A stretch of DNA of 64,000 nucleotides, from contig CALEMF010000031.1 in the NCBI GenBank assembly GCA_937911505.1, positions 16,805 through 80,804 of the forward strand. The letters are read 5' to 3'. A model generated the notes under the pieces. That model worked only from the letters and a program-made list of their open reading frames with translations, ran no database searches and was not told the DNA's origin. Positions 47,308 to 57,884 of the stretch are shown in pieces; the stretch's first letter is position 1, and each line of letters begins with the position of its first letter. The stretch is from an uncultured Cytophagales bacterium (GTDB lineage Bacteria > Bacteroidota > Bacteroidia > Cytophagales > Thermonemataceae). The position numbers and the translations under genes were made by a program.

Positions 47308-49407
47308 TTACTTGCTTACTACCAGTTTTCTAGTAACAGTTCCTCTCGAAGTATGTAAACTAAGTACGTAGATACCATTTTCGAGGTGTACTGCATCGTA
47401 AGTAAAGGCATAGTTGCCTCTATTTTGCTGCTCGTTGAGTAATAATTCAAGGCGCTTTCCTTGCGTATCACGTAGCTCAATGGTGATGGTTTCTTTCTTG
47501 TTAAGTACGTAGTTCATCAACACTAGGCCAGTAGTAGGGTTAGGATAGATGCTCATCACAGCCAAGTCTTTGGTGGTTTCCTCGGTGAGGTTAGTGATAA
47601 GTAAGGGGCGGTTGGGCGCGGGTGTATCTTGCTGTGCTTTGGGAGTACTCTCACTGTCACTTTCTTGTAAGTGATTTTCGCCAGCATCACTAAATAAGCT
47701 TTTTGAACGACTCTCTTGGGTAGAAGGCTCTAAAACAGTGTTTACCAAGTACCAGTCGGCTTGTGCCTTGTCACTCTGCAAATCCAGAATAAAATAGCCG
47801 TGGTCAATCAGGTTGACGTATTTCATATGCGGATTTGGATTAACCCCATCTACGGGTGTACCTGGTGCAGAAAGTGGGTTATTAATTTGTACTTGGAACC
47901 CTTGCGCAGTGGCTAGTCCCAAGGCAGGATCTCCTAAGTCTGTGGCTAAATTCTCATCAAAATTGGCGGAGCAAATACTAGGTGTGGCAAACTCTATAGC
48001 TAAGGAACCACTACCATCTTCAGGATTGTAGGTAGGTGTAACAGGTACAGGCACATTATCTGCTACTGAGGCAGCGATGTTACCTCCTGAAAGACCAACA
48101 GGTTCTTTGGCTACATCAAAACCAAAAGAGCAGTGGAAATCACCTGTAAGGAAGATGACATTGTCAATTTCTTCCTCTTCAATGTGGTCTAGAATGGCTC
48201 TTCTTTCTGCAGGGTAACCATCCCAAATATCTACGAAGGTACTTTCCAGTCCAACGGCAGAAGTAGTAGGATCTTCTGGGTCGTTTGCCCACCATACATT
48301 AAAATCAGAGAAGATCACTTGATTCCCAACTACTTTCCATTGCGCAGTAGCATTAGAAAGTTGATCTAAGAACCACTCTCTTTGTGTAGTACCTAGCAGA
48401 GTTCTAGACGCAGCGTACATGCTGGCGTCAGTTACGTCATTGATTTGTTGCTCTCTTCCCTCTAGGCGGGTATCGACCATAATCAAGTCCATTAAGTTAC
48501 CGTAGTTAATCGTGCGGTAGAGTGGTTGTGTTTCTGCCTCTCGAATAGGCATCCACTCGTTGTAGACTTGCTTAGAGATAGATTTTCTATCTTCCCAACT
48601 CCCTTCACCTTCGTTATGGTTTTCTGCGCCATCTTTGTACGCATCGTTGGCACTTTCGTGGTCGTCCCACACGGTAATAAATGCGTGTTGCTGATGCGCA
48701 CGGCGTAAGTCAGGGTCTAAGCGATACAAGGAGTAGCGCGTACGGTAGTCCGCAAGCGTAAGGATTTCAGTATCAGGAATGTGCGCACGATTGGGATCAT
48801 CTACGCCATAGAAGCCATTTTCGTATTCGTAAATATAATCACCTAAGTGAATGACAGCATCTAGGTCAGTACGATCGGCGATTCTTCCAAAACCATTAAA
48901 ATAGCCTGCTTCGTAATTGTTACAAGATACCACCGCAAATTTCAATTGATCCGTATCACCCTCAGGGGCTGTCTTGGTTTTACCAATCAGTGAGTTTTTT
49001 CCTAGTGCAGAAAAATAATAGTAATAAGTAGTGCCTGGTGTGAGGTCTGTTACGTCTACTTTTACGGTATAATCACGTGCTGCATTAGTAGTAAAAGTAC
49101 CAGTGGCTACCAAGTTGAGAAAAGAGGTAGAGTCGCTTATATACCAAGTGACTTCAATATCTTCTTCACTTTCTGCTTCTGGTGTGACGCGGGTCCATAT
49201 GATCACACGATCTTGAAGCGGATCGCCAGAGGCTACTCCGTGGTAAAAGGGAGCTAAGGCTTCCTCAAAAGGTAAATTGGCGTTACTTCTTTGTCTTTTT
49301 AGCTCAACACTTTTAGCGGGTCGACTCGTATGGCTTCGGAATGTTTGTGCCTCTACCACAAACTGCGTAAATAATAAAAGCGCTACGAGAAAGTATATCT
49401 TTTTCAT
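47308..49407 (-). CDS. phoD: PhoD-family alkaline phosphatase/phosphodiesterase with a T9SS type A C-terminal sorting domain
   Basis: FYHGVASGDPLQDRVIIWTRV, metallophosphatase motifs (VVSCNN, HLGDYIYE, VWDDHE, LTGDFH) and C-terminal IYPNP...YVLSLHT...RKLVVSK. Confidence 0.85.
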   Translation of the reverse strand: MKKIYFLVALLLFTQFVVEAQTFRSHTSRPAKSVELKRQRSNANLPFEEALAPFYHGVASGDPLQDRVIIWTRVTPEAESEEDIEVTWYISDSTSFLNLVATGTFTTNAARDYTVKVDVTDLTPGTTYYYYFSALGKNSLIGKTKTAPEGDTDQLKFAVVSCNNYEAGYFNGFGRIADRTDLDAVIHLGDYIYEYENGFYGVDDPNRAHIPDTEILTLADYRTRYSLYRLDPDLRRAHQQHAFITVWDDHESANDAYKDGAENHNEGEGSWEDRKSISKQVYNEWMPIREAETQPLYRTINYGNLMDLIMVDTRLEGREQQINDVTDASMYAASRTLLGTTQREWFLDQLSNATAQWKVVGNQVIFSDFNVWWANDPEDPTTSAVGLESTFVDIWDGYPAERRAILDHIEEEEIDNVIFLTGDFHCSFGFDVAKEPVGLSGGNIAASVADNVPVPVTPTYNPEDGSGSLAIEFATPSICSANFDENLATDLGDPALGLATAQGFQVQINNPLSAPGTPVDGVNPNPHMKYVNLIDHGYFILDLQSDKAQADWYLVNTVLEPSTQESRSKSLFSDAGENHLQESDSESTPKAQQDTPAPNRPLLITNLTEETTKDLAVMSIYPNPTTGLVLMNYVLNKKETITIELRDTQGKRLELLLNEQQNRGNYAFTYDAVHLENGIYVLSLHTSRGTVTRKLVVSK

Positions 49408-49891
49408 TTTGTAGAGATTTGTTGAATATGTTGATGTTTATTAGCTACAAAGTAACCACATTATGCGTAAAGAAAGAGATTTAGAAGGTTGCCACTTCGT
49501 TAAATAAATGCTAATAAATGTTTAAAACCTTAACGTTTGGGTAATGTACCAAAAAGGAGAAATAGGCTCTCGCTTCTAGAGTAATAAATTCCTTCTGGCA
49601 CTGATCATAAGACTTATTTAGAGAGCATAACAGCTACTTTACTACTTTAAGTAGTGCTAAAGAAGAAGACATCTACAAAGGGATTTTTCACTAAGTATAG
49701 TCGATTACCGACGAAAGTAATCGCGAAGAGGGATACAATTTTATCCATATAATTACGTGTAGAGTATCACTGTATTAATCTTCAAAATATTGATTGCTTT
49801 AAGGGTACTACTTCTGCAGGATTCTCTTATAATTAACCTAGATAAAACCTAGAAAAATTGTAATTTGCTAGGCGAGCAGTAAAAACCGACT

Positions 49892-52012
49892 ATGACTACC
49901 CAAGAAGCCTTACAACAATATTTTGGTTATCAAACTTTCCGTCCTATGCAGCAAGAAATCATCGCTGCTGTGTTGGATGGAAAAGATACGTTGGTGTTGA
50001 TGCCTACGGGGGGAGGGAAGTCCATTTGCTATCAAATCCCTGCAATAGTAAGTAAAGGCACTTGTATTGTTGTTTCCCCCCTGATCGCCCTCATGCAAGA
50101 CCAAGTACAGGCGCTACAAACAAGTGGTGTCGCGGCCGCTTTTATGAACAGTGCGCAAGATGAGCGTACCCAAGCAGAAGTAAGACAGCAACTGCTACTC
50201 GGAAAGCTGAAATTACTCTACGTCTCTCCAGAAAAGCTACTCACCCAAAGTTTTCTGGAGTTATTAAATATGAGCCAAATAAGCTTTTTTGCCATTGATG
50301 AAGCACATTGTGTATCGCAATGGGGACACGATTTTCGACCTGAATACAGCCAATTACAGATACTTAAAGAACAGTTTCCTGGTAAGTCGCTGATTGCCCT
50401 CACCGCTACAGCCGATAAAGTGACCCGCGAAGATATTATTACACAACTACACCTTACCAAGCCCGCGCAGTTTGTAGCCTCTTTTGACCGTAAGAACTTA
50501 CGTATAGAAGTATCAGAAGGAACCAACCGGCTTAAAAAAATTATAAGCTTCCTAAAAGCCCATCCCAAAGAGGCAGGTATTATTTATTGCTTAAGTAGAA
50601 AGTCTACTGAAACGCTGTGTGAAAAGCTGGCCGAAAAAGGTCATAACGTAGGTTTTTATCACGCAGGAATGTCGCCAGAAGAACGTGCAAGGGTACAAAA
50701 TGCCTTTCTAAAAGATGACATTCAGGTAATGTGTGCCACGATTGCCTTTGGCATGGGGATCGATAAGTCCAACGTTCGTTTTGTCATTCATTATAATTTA
50801 CCTAAGAATATTGAAGGGTATTACCAAGAAATTGGGAGAGCAGGGCGCGATGGGTTGGCCAGTGAGACGCTTCTTTTCTACAGCTACAGAGATGTACAAA
50901 CGCTCAAAGGTTTTATCGATCAGATACCGAATGAGCAGTTCAAGGCCTTACAAGAAGCCAAATTGGAACGTATGAAACAATACGCAGAGGCACAAACCTG
51001 TCGTAGAAAAATATTGCTGAGTTATTTTGGTGAGGTGTTGGAGAACGACTGTGGCTATTGTGATGTATGCGAAAATCCTAGAAAGCAGTTTGATGGAACC
51101 ATCTTAGCGCAAAAAGCGCTCTCTGCAGCCATCCGTACCAAAGAAGAAGTAGGGTTGAACTTATTAATTGATATTCTGAGAGGGGCACGCAACCAAAAGG
51201 TGCTTGAGAAAGGCTATCATACCATTAAAACCTATGGTGCTGGGAAGGAGGTCTCTGCCTTTGAGTGGAAGCAATACCTCCAACAGATGATTAACCAAGG
51301 CGTACTAGAGGTAGCTTACGACCAACACTATGCTTTACAGCGAGGAGGGTTGAGTCAAGCGGTGTTACAAGGTAAAAAGAAGATATTTTTAGTAAAACCG
51401 CAGCGTTTTAAAGCAAAAACTACTTCCTCTAAGACAGCGCTACAGCCTACTCTGTTCGATGAACTATTTGAAAAGCTGAGAAAGCTCCGTAAACAACTAG
51501 CCGATGAACAAAGAATGGCACCCTATCTTGTTTTCAATGATGCGACACTTACCGAAATGGCACGCGAGCGCCCTACCAACCAGGCAGAAATGCTTACCAT
51601 CAATGGGGTAGGACATCGAAAGATGGACTTGTTCGGTACGTACTTCTTAGAGGAAATACAACAGTTTATCAAAGAAAAAACTTTAGCAGGTAAGCAAGTA
51701 GGTGGTAATACCTATCAAATTACCTACGAAATGCTTCAGCAAGGGCTCGGCTTACAGGAGATCGCCCGTAAACGTAACTATAGCTTACAAACCATTCAGA
51801 ATCATCTCGTGACACTCTACGAGAAAGGGCATAACCTCCCGCTGGCTGACTTCATCCATGCAGATGAGGTAAATACATTAGTACATTACTGGAAAAAGCA
51901 CCCGCAAAGTACGATGAAGGCTTGCTTTGAGCATTTTCAAGAACGCTTTAACTACTTTAAGATACGTCTCTCGCAAGCTATTTGGCTCAAAAGTAAACCA
52001 CAATTAAAATAA
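49892..52012 (+). CDS. recQ: ATP-dependent DNA helicase RecQ
   Basis: FGYQTFRPMQ, LMPTGGGKS, DEAHCVSQWGHDFRP, the zinc-binding C..C..C..C, HRDC (LFDELFEKLRKLRKQLADEQ..APY.VF.D.TL) and an extra C-terminal HTH-like domain. Confidence 0.95.
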   Translation: MTTQEALQQYFGYQTFRPMQQEIIAAVLDGKDTLVLMPTGGGKSICYQIPAIVSKGTCIVVSPLIALMQDQVQALQTSGVAAAFMNSAQDERTQAEVRQQLLLGKLKLLYVSPEKLLTQSFLELLNMSQISFFAIDEAHCVSQWGHDFRPEYSQLQILKEQFPGKSLIALTATADKVTREDIITQLHLTKPAQFVASFDRKNLRIEVSEGTNRLKKIISFLKAHPKEAGIIYCLSRKSTETLCEKLAEKGHNVGFYHAGMSPEERARVQNAFLKDDIQVMCATIAFGMGIDKSNVRFVIHYNLPKNIEGYYQEIGRAGRDGLASETLLFYSYRDVQTLKGFIDQIPNEQFKALQEAKLERMKQYAEAQTCRRKILLSYFGEVLENDCGYCDVCENPRKQFDGTILAQKALSAAIRTKEEVGLNLLIDILRGARNQKVLEKGYHTIKTYGAGKEVSAFEWKQYLQQMINQGVLEVAYDQHYALQRGGLSQAVLQGKKKIFLVKPQRFKAKTTSSKTALQPTLFDELFEKLRKLRKQLADEQRMAPYLVFNDATLTEMARERPTNQAEMLTINGVGHRKMDLFGTYFLEEIQQFIKEKTLAGKQVGGNTYQITYEMLQQGLGLQEIARKRNYSLQTIQNHLVTLYEKGHNLPLADFIHADEVNTLVHYWKKHPQSTMKACFEHFQERFNYFKIRLSQAIWLKSKPQLK

Positions 52013-52711
52013 TTAGAAGCGATACGCGAGTGATACAGCACCTCCTAGGCTTTTTCTCCGAAAACGATCATTATCAAAAGTAAGCGTTTGATCGGTGGTA
52101 TATTCGGAAAATAAGTACGTAAAACCACCTCGTAAAGCCCAACGATCATTAAGTAGATAGTATACATACAATTCAGAATTTAGGCTACCCCTATCATAGT
52201 CGCCAGTTAGGAGTAGATTGAAGTTAGAAACGGAGGCGTCAACTTCAGTGGTACTTCTTCCTTCACTATTGGCAGTAAATACACCAGCTTGATCAGCACC
52301 GAAGCTTACGCCAATGAGATCAATATTAAAGCCTACTCCCCAGCGATCCGTGAGCGTATATACAACATAGACAGCGGCATTAAGGGCATTTGTTTGTGCA
52401 TTACCAAGTTGTAAGGTATCTAACCGATCGTCGTTAGGAGCTGTAAAGAGGTTACCTTCGGTTACATCTGCAGGGGCAGTGATGTAGTCTACCTCGCTCC
52501 CGAAGTAATTGCTAAAGCGCAACCCATAACCTAATTGTAATTTACCATTGAAAGCTACAGGATGCAGCCGGTAGCCAGCTAACGCCATAGAGACGCCCCC
52601 TTCGTATACACCGAGTGTAAAGTCTGCTTGGAGATAGGCAGGCGTACTTTGTGCCTTTACCTGAAAAAAATATAACTGTGTGAGTAAGAAAAATAAATAC
52701 GTGTACTTCAT
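52013..52711 (-). CDS. outer-membrane beta-barrel protein (porin-like)
   Basis: Signal peptide MKYTYLFFLLTQLYFFQVKAQ from the internal ATG. Alternating amphipathic strands and a C-terminal ...LAYRF. Confidence 0.55.
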   Translation of the reverse strand: MKYTYLFFLLTQLYFFQVKAQSTPAYLQADFTLGVYEGGVSMALAGYRLHPVAFNGKLQLGYGLRFSNYFGSEVDYITAPADVTEGNLFTAPNDDRLDTLQLGNAQTNALNAAVYVVYTLTDRWGVGFNIDLIGVSFGADQAGVFTANSEGRSTTEVDASVSNFNLLLTGDYDRGSLNSELYVYYLLNDRWALRGGFTYLFSEYTTDQTLTFDNDRFRRKSLGGAVSLAYRF

Positions 52712-52823
52712 AGGTTTACTTCTTTTTTTCAAAGAAATAATAATGGATGTAGCCAATAGGTCGGCTGAAAGACAAATTGATAGAAATAAGTGATAAAAAA
52801 TGTAGCAGGGCTATAAAAGGGGA

Positions 52824-52856
52824 AGAGAGATTTGCAGGAGGCCTGCAAATCTCTCT
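52824..52856 (-). other. strong isolated hairpin in the OMP-smpB intergenic region
   Basis: Perfect 14-bp stem GAGAGATTTGCAGG (52825-52838) with CCTGCAAATCTCTC (52842-52855), plus one flanking A-T pair, around a 3-nt loop. On the minus strand it is followed by TCCCCTTTTAT. Confidence 0.4.
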
Positions 52857-53096
52857 CAAGAAAAATTATGAAAAAACAACTATCTTATTTGTACAAATCA
52901 ACAAAAATTGAATTACAAAAACAAGTCACACGTGTATTTTTTTTCATAAAAATTATACTTTTCTGATTAACGTATTGAAAACTTCTGTTTACCAGAAGTT
53001 TATGAAAAGTGAATTGCTTGATTTTTTGACTAACAAATAAGAGGTATTTTTCTTTCGCAGCTTTCTTATTATCTTTGCAGTCCTTTTAGAAAAAGC

Positions 53097-53564
53097 ATGG
53101 GCAAGAATAAACTAAAAATACAGAAAACAGTCAACATTAAGAACAGACGGGCTTCTTTTGAGTACCAGTTTCTGGATACTTATGTGGCGGGTATTGTCCT
53201 GACGGGTACGGAGATCAAGTCGATTAGACAGGGAAAAGTACAACTACAAAGTGCTTACTGTTACTTCGAGGAGGGCGAGCTTTGGGTGCAGCAAATGCAT
53301 ATCTCTCCTTATGAAGAGGGCACCCATTACAACCACGAGCCTGCTCGCAAAAGAAAACTATTGCTTACGAAGCGTGAGCTAAGAAAACTAGAGAAGAAAA
53401 TGGAGGAGAAAGGCTTAACAATAGTTGTAAGAAGGCTTTTTATTAACGACAAAGGCTATGCTAAGTTAGAAATTGCGCTCGCAAAAGGAAAGAAACTTTA
53501 CGACAAACGCGAAGACCTTAAAGAGAAGGATGCCAAAAGAAGTTTAGATAGAACACAATTGTAA
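53097..53564 (+). CDS. smpB: SsrA-binding protein
   Basis: [17 protein letters not shown]...Y, ISPYE, HEP.R.RKLLL and KGKK.YDKRE. A TATCTTTG box (53070-53077) lies 20 nt upstream. Confidence 0.95.
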   Translation: MGKNKLKIQKTVNIKNRRASFEYQFLDTYVAGIVLTGTEIKSIRQGKVQLQSAYCYFEEGELWVQQMHISPYEEGTHYNHEPARKRKLLLTKRELRKLEKKMEEKGLTIVVRRLFINDKGYAKLEIALAKGKKLYDKREDLKEKDAKRSLDRTQL

Positions 53565-53616
53565 GACGACGCTTCTTTTGATGTAAGAAATACAACTGAA
53601 AAATATATTTATCTAG

Positions 53617-56600
53617 CTATTTCATCACTTCTACCCATCCATTACATTCTTGTCCATTGGGTGTAGTAACGACATAAAAATAAACACCTACAGGGATATT
53701 TTTTCCCCAATCGTTTTGATAATTATCGGATTGATAGATACGTTTTCCCCAACGATTAAATATTTCTAAACGATTATTGTCCGTAAACAGATCAAAAAAG
53801 TCGTTTTTTCCATCTTCATCGTAAGGGGTAATCACATTGTTAAGCCGATCTGTCGATTGTGGAATGGTGACTTCCTCCTCGAAGTCAATTGTACAGCCTA
53901 ATGTATCTGTAATTACTAATGTTACTAAATAAGTAACAGGCGTTTGACCCGTATTTTCTGGGTAGGTATGGGCTACTTCAAAATTAGTAGCGGTGGTACC
54001 ATCTCCAAAATCCCACTGAAAAGTATATTCTTGCACTGCTCTGAGGGTTGTATCGACATTTCCCCTCAGGACATAAAGGCCATCACAATCTTTCTCTAAA
54101 GCAATGGTAGGAGGTGTATCGGGAGAGGCTTGTATTACTACTGTTACCTCTCGTAGTGTTTCACATCCGTCACCATCCTGCATTTGCACGGTATAAGTAG
54201 TCGTTTCACTAGGAGTAGCAACAGGATTAGCAATGGTGGGATCGCTTAGTGTGGCAGCAGGCGACCATAGGTAGCTAGTTGCTCCACTTGCTTCTAGCTG
54301 CGCTGAAAAGCCGGGGCAAATCACTTGATCTGGGCCAGTGGCAAATTGAGGAATCGCCACCTCAATCGTTTGCGTAAGAATGTCTTCTGTTGGGCAGCTA
54401 GCAATCGCAGGGCGGGTTACGCGTAGTTGAAGGGTATACTGGCCAGATGCAGGAAAAGTAAAGTCAAAATCTTCTCTACGTGCTTGTTCAGCAGGGGTAA
54501 GTGGCAAGGGATTCATACTTGCATCGAGAATAGTCCACTCGGCTGTTGTTTCGTTCCTTGCTTCATAGCGCACCCGCACGGTAGCATTACAGAGTTGCTC
54601 ACCATCTGCTATGATGGTAAAACCATTGGCAGGGTCTAGTAAAGTGAAGTCGGCAACAATACCAGGGGTAACTTCCACCGTTGTCTGTCTTGTATCAGTA
54701 CAACCATTGGCATCGGTAAGCGCTACGGTATAGGTGGTGGTTTGTTCGGGAGAGGCGGTTGGGTTGGCAATGGTAGGATCATCCAAGCTTTCTGCAGGCG
54801 ACCATTCATACGTGACAGCGCCACCTGCTTGCAAGCTGGCGTTTTCTCCCTCACAAATTTGTTGATCAGGATTGATGGTAAAATTGGGAAAAAAGACATT
54901 GAGGGTTTGTGAACGGCTTTGTTGTGTAGGGCAAGTAGGTGGATTACCGTTTGTTACCAGCGTGATTGTATACTGACCAGGATTTGGAAAAGTGAAATTA
55001 ATATCGCGGGTAGCACTTTCAGTAAAAATGGGCGTTGGGTTACTGCCTTCATAAATTTGCCATTCAAAACCATCCGCTCCTTCTGCAGTATAGTCAAGGC
55101 GCACCGAAGGTGAACAGAGGTCTTCGCCATCTGGAATGATTTGAAAGCCTTGCGAAGGATCAAGTACATTAAAATTAGCATTCAACCCAAAGGCAAACTT
55201 AAAGGCGGCGCAGTTACAATTAACTTCCGTGCTCTTAGTGGGAGCCCATACGTTACTTGGAAAAGTAGGGAAGTCGTTGCCAAAACCACAAGAAGCACAT
55301 ACGGCTTGGTAGATGGTACCATCTTTACTAAAGCGGCACGTACCGCCATCCACGTGATCATTTGAGATTGCCAAGGCATCTGGTTCTCCGAAAAAGGTAG
55401 CATATAGGGGTGGCCCATCGAGATTACCATCGAAAACTGCCAGATAAAAGTCGTTTCCTCCACTGGTAGCAATAAAAGCATCAGGCGTGGTAAACATTCC
55501 TGCTACGTTGGTTGCATCAATATTGGGATCACCTGCAGCAGTATTACCCCCCCAGCCTGCAATGTACACATAGCCACAGTTATTCTCCGTTTCGACTAAA
55601 AAGGCAGTAGGAGAGAGGTTAGGCGTAGTGCGATTGGTACCAAATCTCGTAGAGCGTAGGTTGGTGGTTAGGTCGTCGCTGAGCTGATGAATGAACTGCT
55701 TCCCTCCCAGATCGCTAAAGGAAGTATTGAAAACAGGATAATTACCTAAGGTAGTCCCGAAAGCATAGATTTCGTCGTCATTATTCAGGTCAATGAAGTA
55801 AATAATATCTGCTTGGTTAGTACCTAGATAAGTACTTTGTTCAAGTGTACCTGCATCAGAAAAGCGTGCTATAAAACCATCGTCTGATCCTTGGCGACTA
55901 GCTAAAAAACCACCTGCTGTACTAGGGAAGTTATCACTACTGGTACAGCCTGCCACAAATATTTGTCCTGTACTATTACGCTTGACAGAAAGGGCTACAT
56001 CCACACCATCCCCTCCTAAATACCGCCCCCATTGTAAATTAAAGTTCGGATCTAACTTAAAAAGAATGCCATCGAATGATCCACGAAGTGTTCCTGAAAA
56101 GCCGCTAATAGAGGTGGAACGAGTAGTAGAAGCGACAAATATTTCATTGGCATCGTTTACTAGAATATCCCCGCGAAGCCCATCACCATAATTATGTATT
56201 TCGGTAGCATTAGCATCAGGAGGCTTGATGCCATCATCGCCTGTTCCACCGAAAAACCTTGCCCGCACTAATTGACCATTCTCTTCAATCTTAGTAAGTA
56301 CAATGTCTGCACCACCTCCGTAAGTAAGGCCACCAATGGGCTGAATATTAGAAGTACCTCCTTGAAAAGTATTGTCAGCGGGATAGTTGCTAGAGCTTGT
56401 GGTGCCTAAAATCAGTAGGTGATTGTTGTTGTCTACAATAAGGCTATGCGGTATTTCATCATCAGTACCCCCAATGAAAGTAGCGTATTCCATTACTGTA
56501 CCAGTAGCGTTATAGCGAAATACGCCTATGTCTGGATTAAAACCACTATCACGTGCATTACTATTGGTAATATTGTAGATACCCGGAGTAGTACTAACGA

Positions 56601-57465
56601 AACCAACCCCAAAGGCAGTGGCGCCTGCATAGAGCCTTCCTAGGTCGTCGAAACAGGCGGTATTTCCCCAGTTGTCAGAACTCATCCCCGAATAGGTAGA
56701 AAAAACTAGTTCTGGGTCTATCACCAAGGGAAACTGAGAATCATAGCCTGTTGGGAAGTGAAAGCTTACCACTTTTCCTTTCAGTACAAACTGAGTAGGG
56801 ACTTCCACTCTTTTCTCGTTGATGATCTGGTAAGAATAAGGGGCTTTCTCTACTACCTTTCCAAAGATGGTAGTGATCTCCAAATTCCCATCTACTAGCT
56901 GCAAATCACTGGCGTATTCATAGGCCATTTTGATCTGATGGGGCTCTCCATTTGGTTGAACGATAAACTCATACTTTAGCTGTTCGCGCTGAGAGTAAAT
57001 TTTTAGATCAGTGTCGTCGTAGAGGTTTTGATAGGTAAGGGTGCGGTAGGCAGGAACATTGTTGGCCCAACGAGCGGGCTGCTTACCTAAGTAGTAATTT
57101 CTTTTGAGTAGTGAATGATCCTCTTCAAGTACAGCAATGGAAGCATTAGCACCCAAAAATCGTGTAAAAAAGGTATGGGCTTGTAGGGAAGAAGCACCCT
57201 GTTTCGCTTGGGCATTTACTTTGGCTTGTCCATGATGACGCGCAGCCATCTGCCTAGCATCATAAAAAGTATACTGAAAGGTTTGGTTGTAAAGAAAGAG
57301 AAATCCACCCGGAATTTCCACGCGATAGCGTAGCGAATCGTTGTCCCACTGTGACTGGTTTTTAACGAACTCAAAAGAAGGGGTAGTTGGCTGAACGGCT
57401 TTGGCTATCTGGGCACTTGTACAGTGGCCCCATAGGACAAGCCAAAGTAGAAGAAATACTCTCAT
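53617..57465 (-). CDS. giant secreted protein (1282 aa): N-terminal domain, SBBP-like beta-propeller repeats, Ig/PKD-like modules and a T9SS type B C-terminal domain (paralogue 1)
   Basis: Signal peptide. VIDPELVFSTYSG..SDNWGNTA followed by repeated G..DD/GG.G.D blocks. Repeated Y.WSPA..L.DPTIANP.A.P..TTTYTV modules. C-terminal VITPYDEDGKNDFF...IFNRWGKRIY...GVYFYVV...GWVEVMK. Confidence 0.85.
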   Translation of the reverse strand: MRVFLLLWLVLWGHCTSAQIAKAVQPTTPSFEFVKNQSQWDNDSLRYRVEIPGGFLFLYNQTFQYTFYDARQMAARHHGQAKVNAQAKQGASSLQAHTFFTRFLGANASIAVLEEDHSLLKRNYYLGKQPARWANNVPAYRTLTYQNLYDDTDLKIYSQREQLKYEFIVQPNGEPHQIKMAYEYASDLQLVDGNLEITTIFGKVVEKAPYSYQIINEKRVEVPTQFVLKGKVVSFHFPTGYDSQFPLVIDPELVFSTYSGMSSDNWGNTACFDDLGRLYAGATAFGVGFVSTTPGIYNITNSNARDSGFNPDIGVFRYNATGTVMEYATFIGGTDDEIPHSLIVDNNNHLLILGTTSSSNYPADNTFQGGTSNIQPIGGLTYGGGADIVLTKIEENGQLVRARFFGGTGDDGIKPPDANATEIHNYGDGLRGDILVNDANEIFVASTTRSTSISGFSGTLRGSFDGILFKLDPNFNLQWGRYLGGDGVDVALSVKRNSTGQIFVAGCTSSDNFPSTAGGFLASRQGSDDGFIARFSDAGTLEQSTYLGTNQADIIYFIDLNNDDEIYAFGTTLGNYPVFNTSFSDLGGKQFIHQLSDDLTTNLRSTRFGTNRTTPNLSPTAFLVETENNCGYVYIAGWGGNTAAGDPNIDATNVAGMFTTPDAFIATSGGNDFYLAVFDGNLDGPPLYATFFGEPDALAISNDHVDGGTCRFSKDGTIYQAVCASCGFGNDFPTFPSNVWAPTKSTEVNCNCAAFKFAFGLNANFNVLDPSQGFQIIPDGEDLCSPSVRLDYTAEGADGFEWQIYEGSNPTPIFTESATRDINFTFPNPGQYTITLVTNGNPPTCPTQQSRSQTLNVFFPNFTINPDQQICEGENASLQAGGAVTYEWSPAESLDDPTIANPTASPEQTTTYTVALTDANGCTDTRQTTVEVTPGIVADFTLLDPANGFTIIADGEQLCNATVRVRYEARNETTAEWTILDASMNPLPLTPAEQARREDFDFTFPASGQYTLQLRVTRPAIASCPTEDILTQTIEVAIPQFATGPDQVICPGFSAQLEASGATSYLWSPAATLSDPTIANPVATPSETTTYTVQMQDGDGCETLREVTVVIQASPDTPPTIALEKDCDGLYVLRGNVDTTLRAVQEYTFQWDFGDGTTATNFEVAHTYPENTGQTPVTYLVTLVITDTLGCTIDFEEEVTIPQSTDRLNNVITPYDEDGKNDFFDLFTDNNRLEIFNRWGKRIYQSDNYQNDWGKNIPVGVYFYVVTTPNGQECNGWVEVMK

Positions 57466-57480
57466 GAAATTGATCTTGTT

Positions 57481-57571
57481 AGGTGTTTATCCTCTCAAAT
57501 ATAGGAAATTATCTTAAAACTTGTGCCCATCCCTTGCAAATCTGCCCTGTTTCTGAGGTGATAAAGTAGTA
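57481..57571. repeat. 91-nt direct repeat, copy 1 (matches 59148-59238)
   Basis: My manual alignment gives 3 mismatches in 91 nt. The repeat covers the last 20 codons plus the stop of a type B C-terminal domain and 28 nt of 3-prime flank. Confidence 0.85.
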
Positions 57572-57864
57572 GCACCTGCATAAAGCTTCCCTTCTTCATC
57601 AAAACAGGTAGTATTTCCCCAGTTGTCAGTCACCCCGAGTAGGCAGCGAAAACCAGCTCTGGGTCTATTACCAAAGTAAATTGAGGATCATAGCCAGTTG
57701 GGAAGTGAAAGCTCACCACTTTTCCTTTCAGTACAAGCTGAGTAGGTACTTCCACTCTTTTTTTCTAGTTCAGTAAAATTTATAACTTCTGCTGTATAGG
57801 TACGTGTCACTCGCTCTCCATTGAGTTTGATAATTTGTTTAGTATGTAGAAAGGCTCGTGGCAT
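57509..57864 (-). pseudogene. chimeric relic of a third giant-protein paralogue (N-terminal fragment fused to the last 20 codons)
   Basis: The reverse strand encodes RVEVPTQLVLKGKVVSFHFPTGYDPQFTLVIDPELVFAAYSG, then a stop and frameshift, then DNWGNTTCFDEEGKLYAGA. Compare paralogue 1: RVEVPTQFVLKGKVVSFHFPTGYDSQFPLVIDPELVFSTYSGMSSDNWGNTACFDDLGRLYAGA. This is joined out of frame to YYFITSETGQICKGWAQVLR* (paralogue 2 ends YYYLITSETGQICKGWVQVLR*). No ORF of 60 aa or more survives here. Confidence 0.7.
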
Positions 57865-57884
57865 GTACTTACAAATATTTATAG

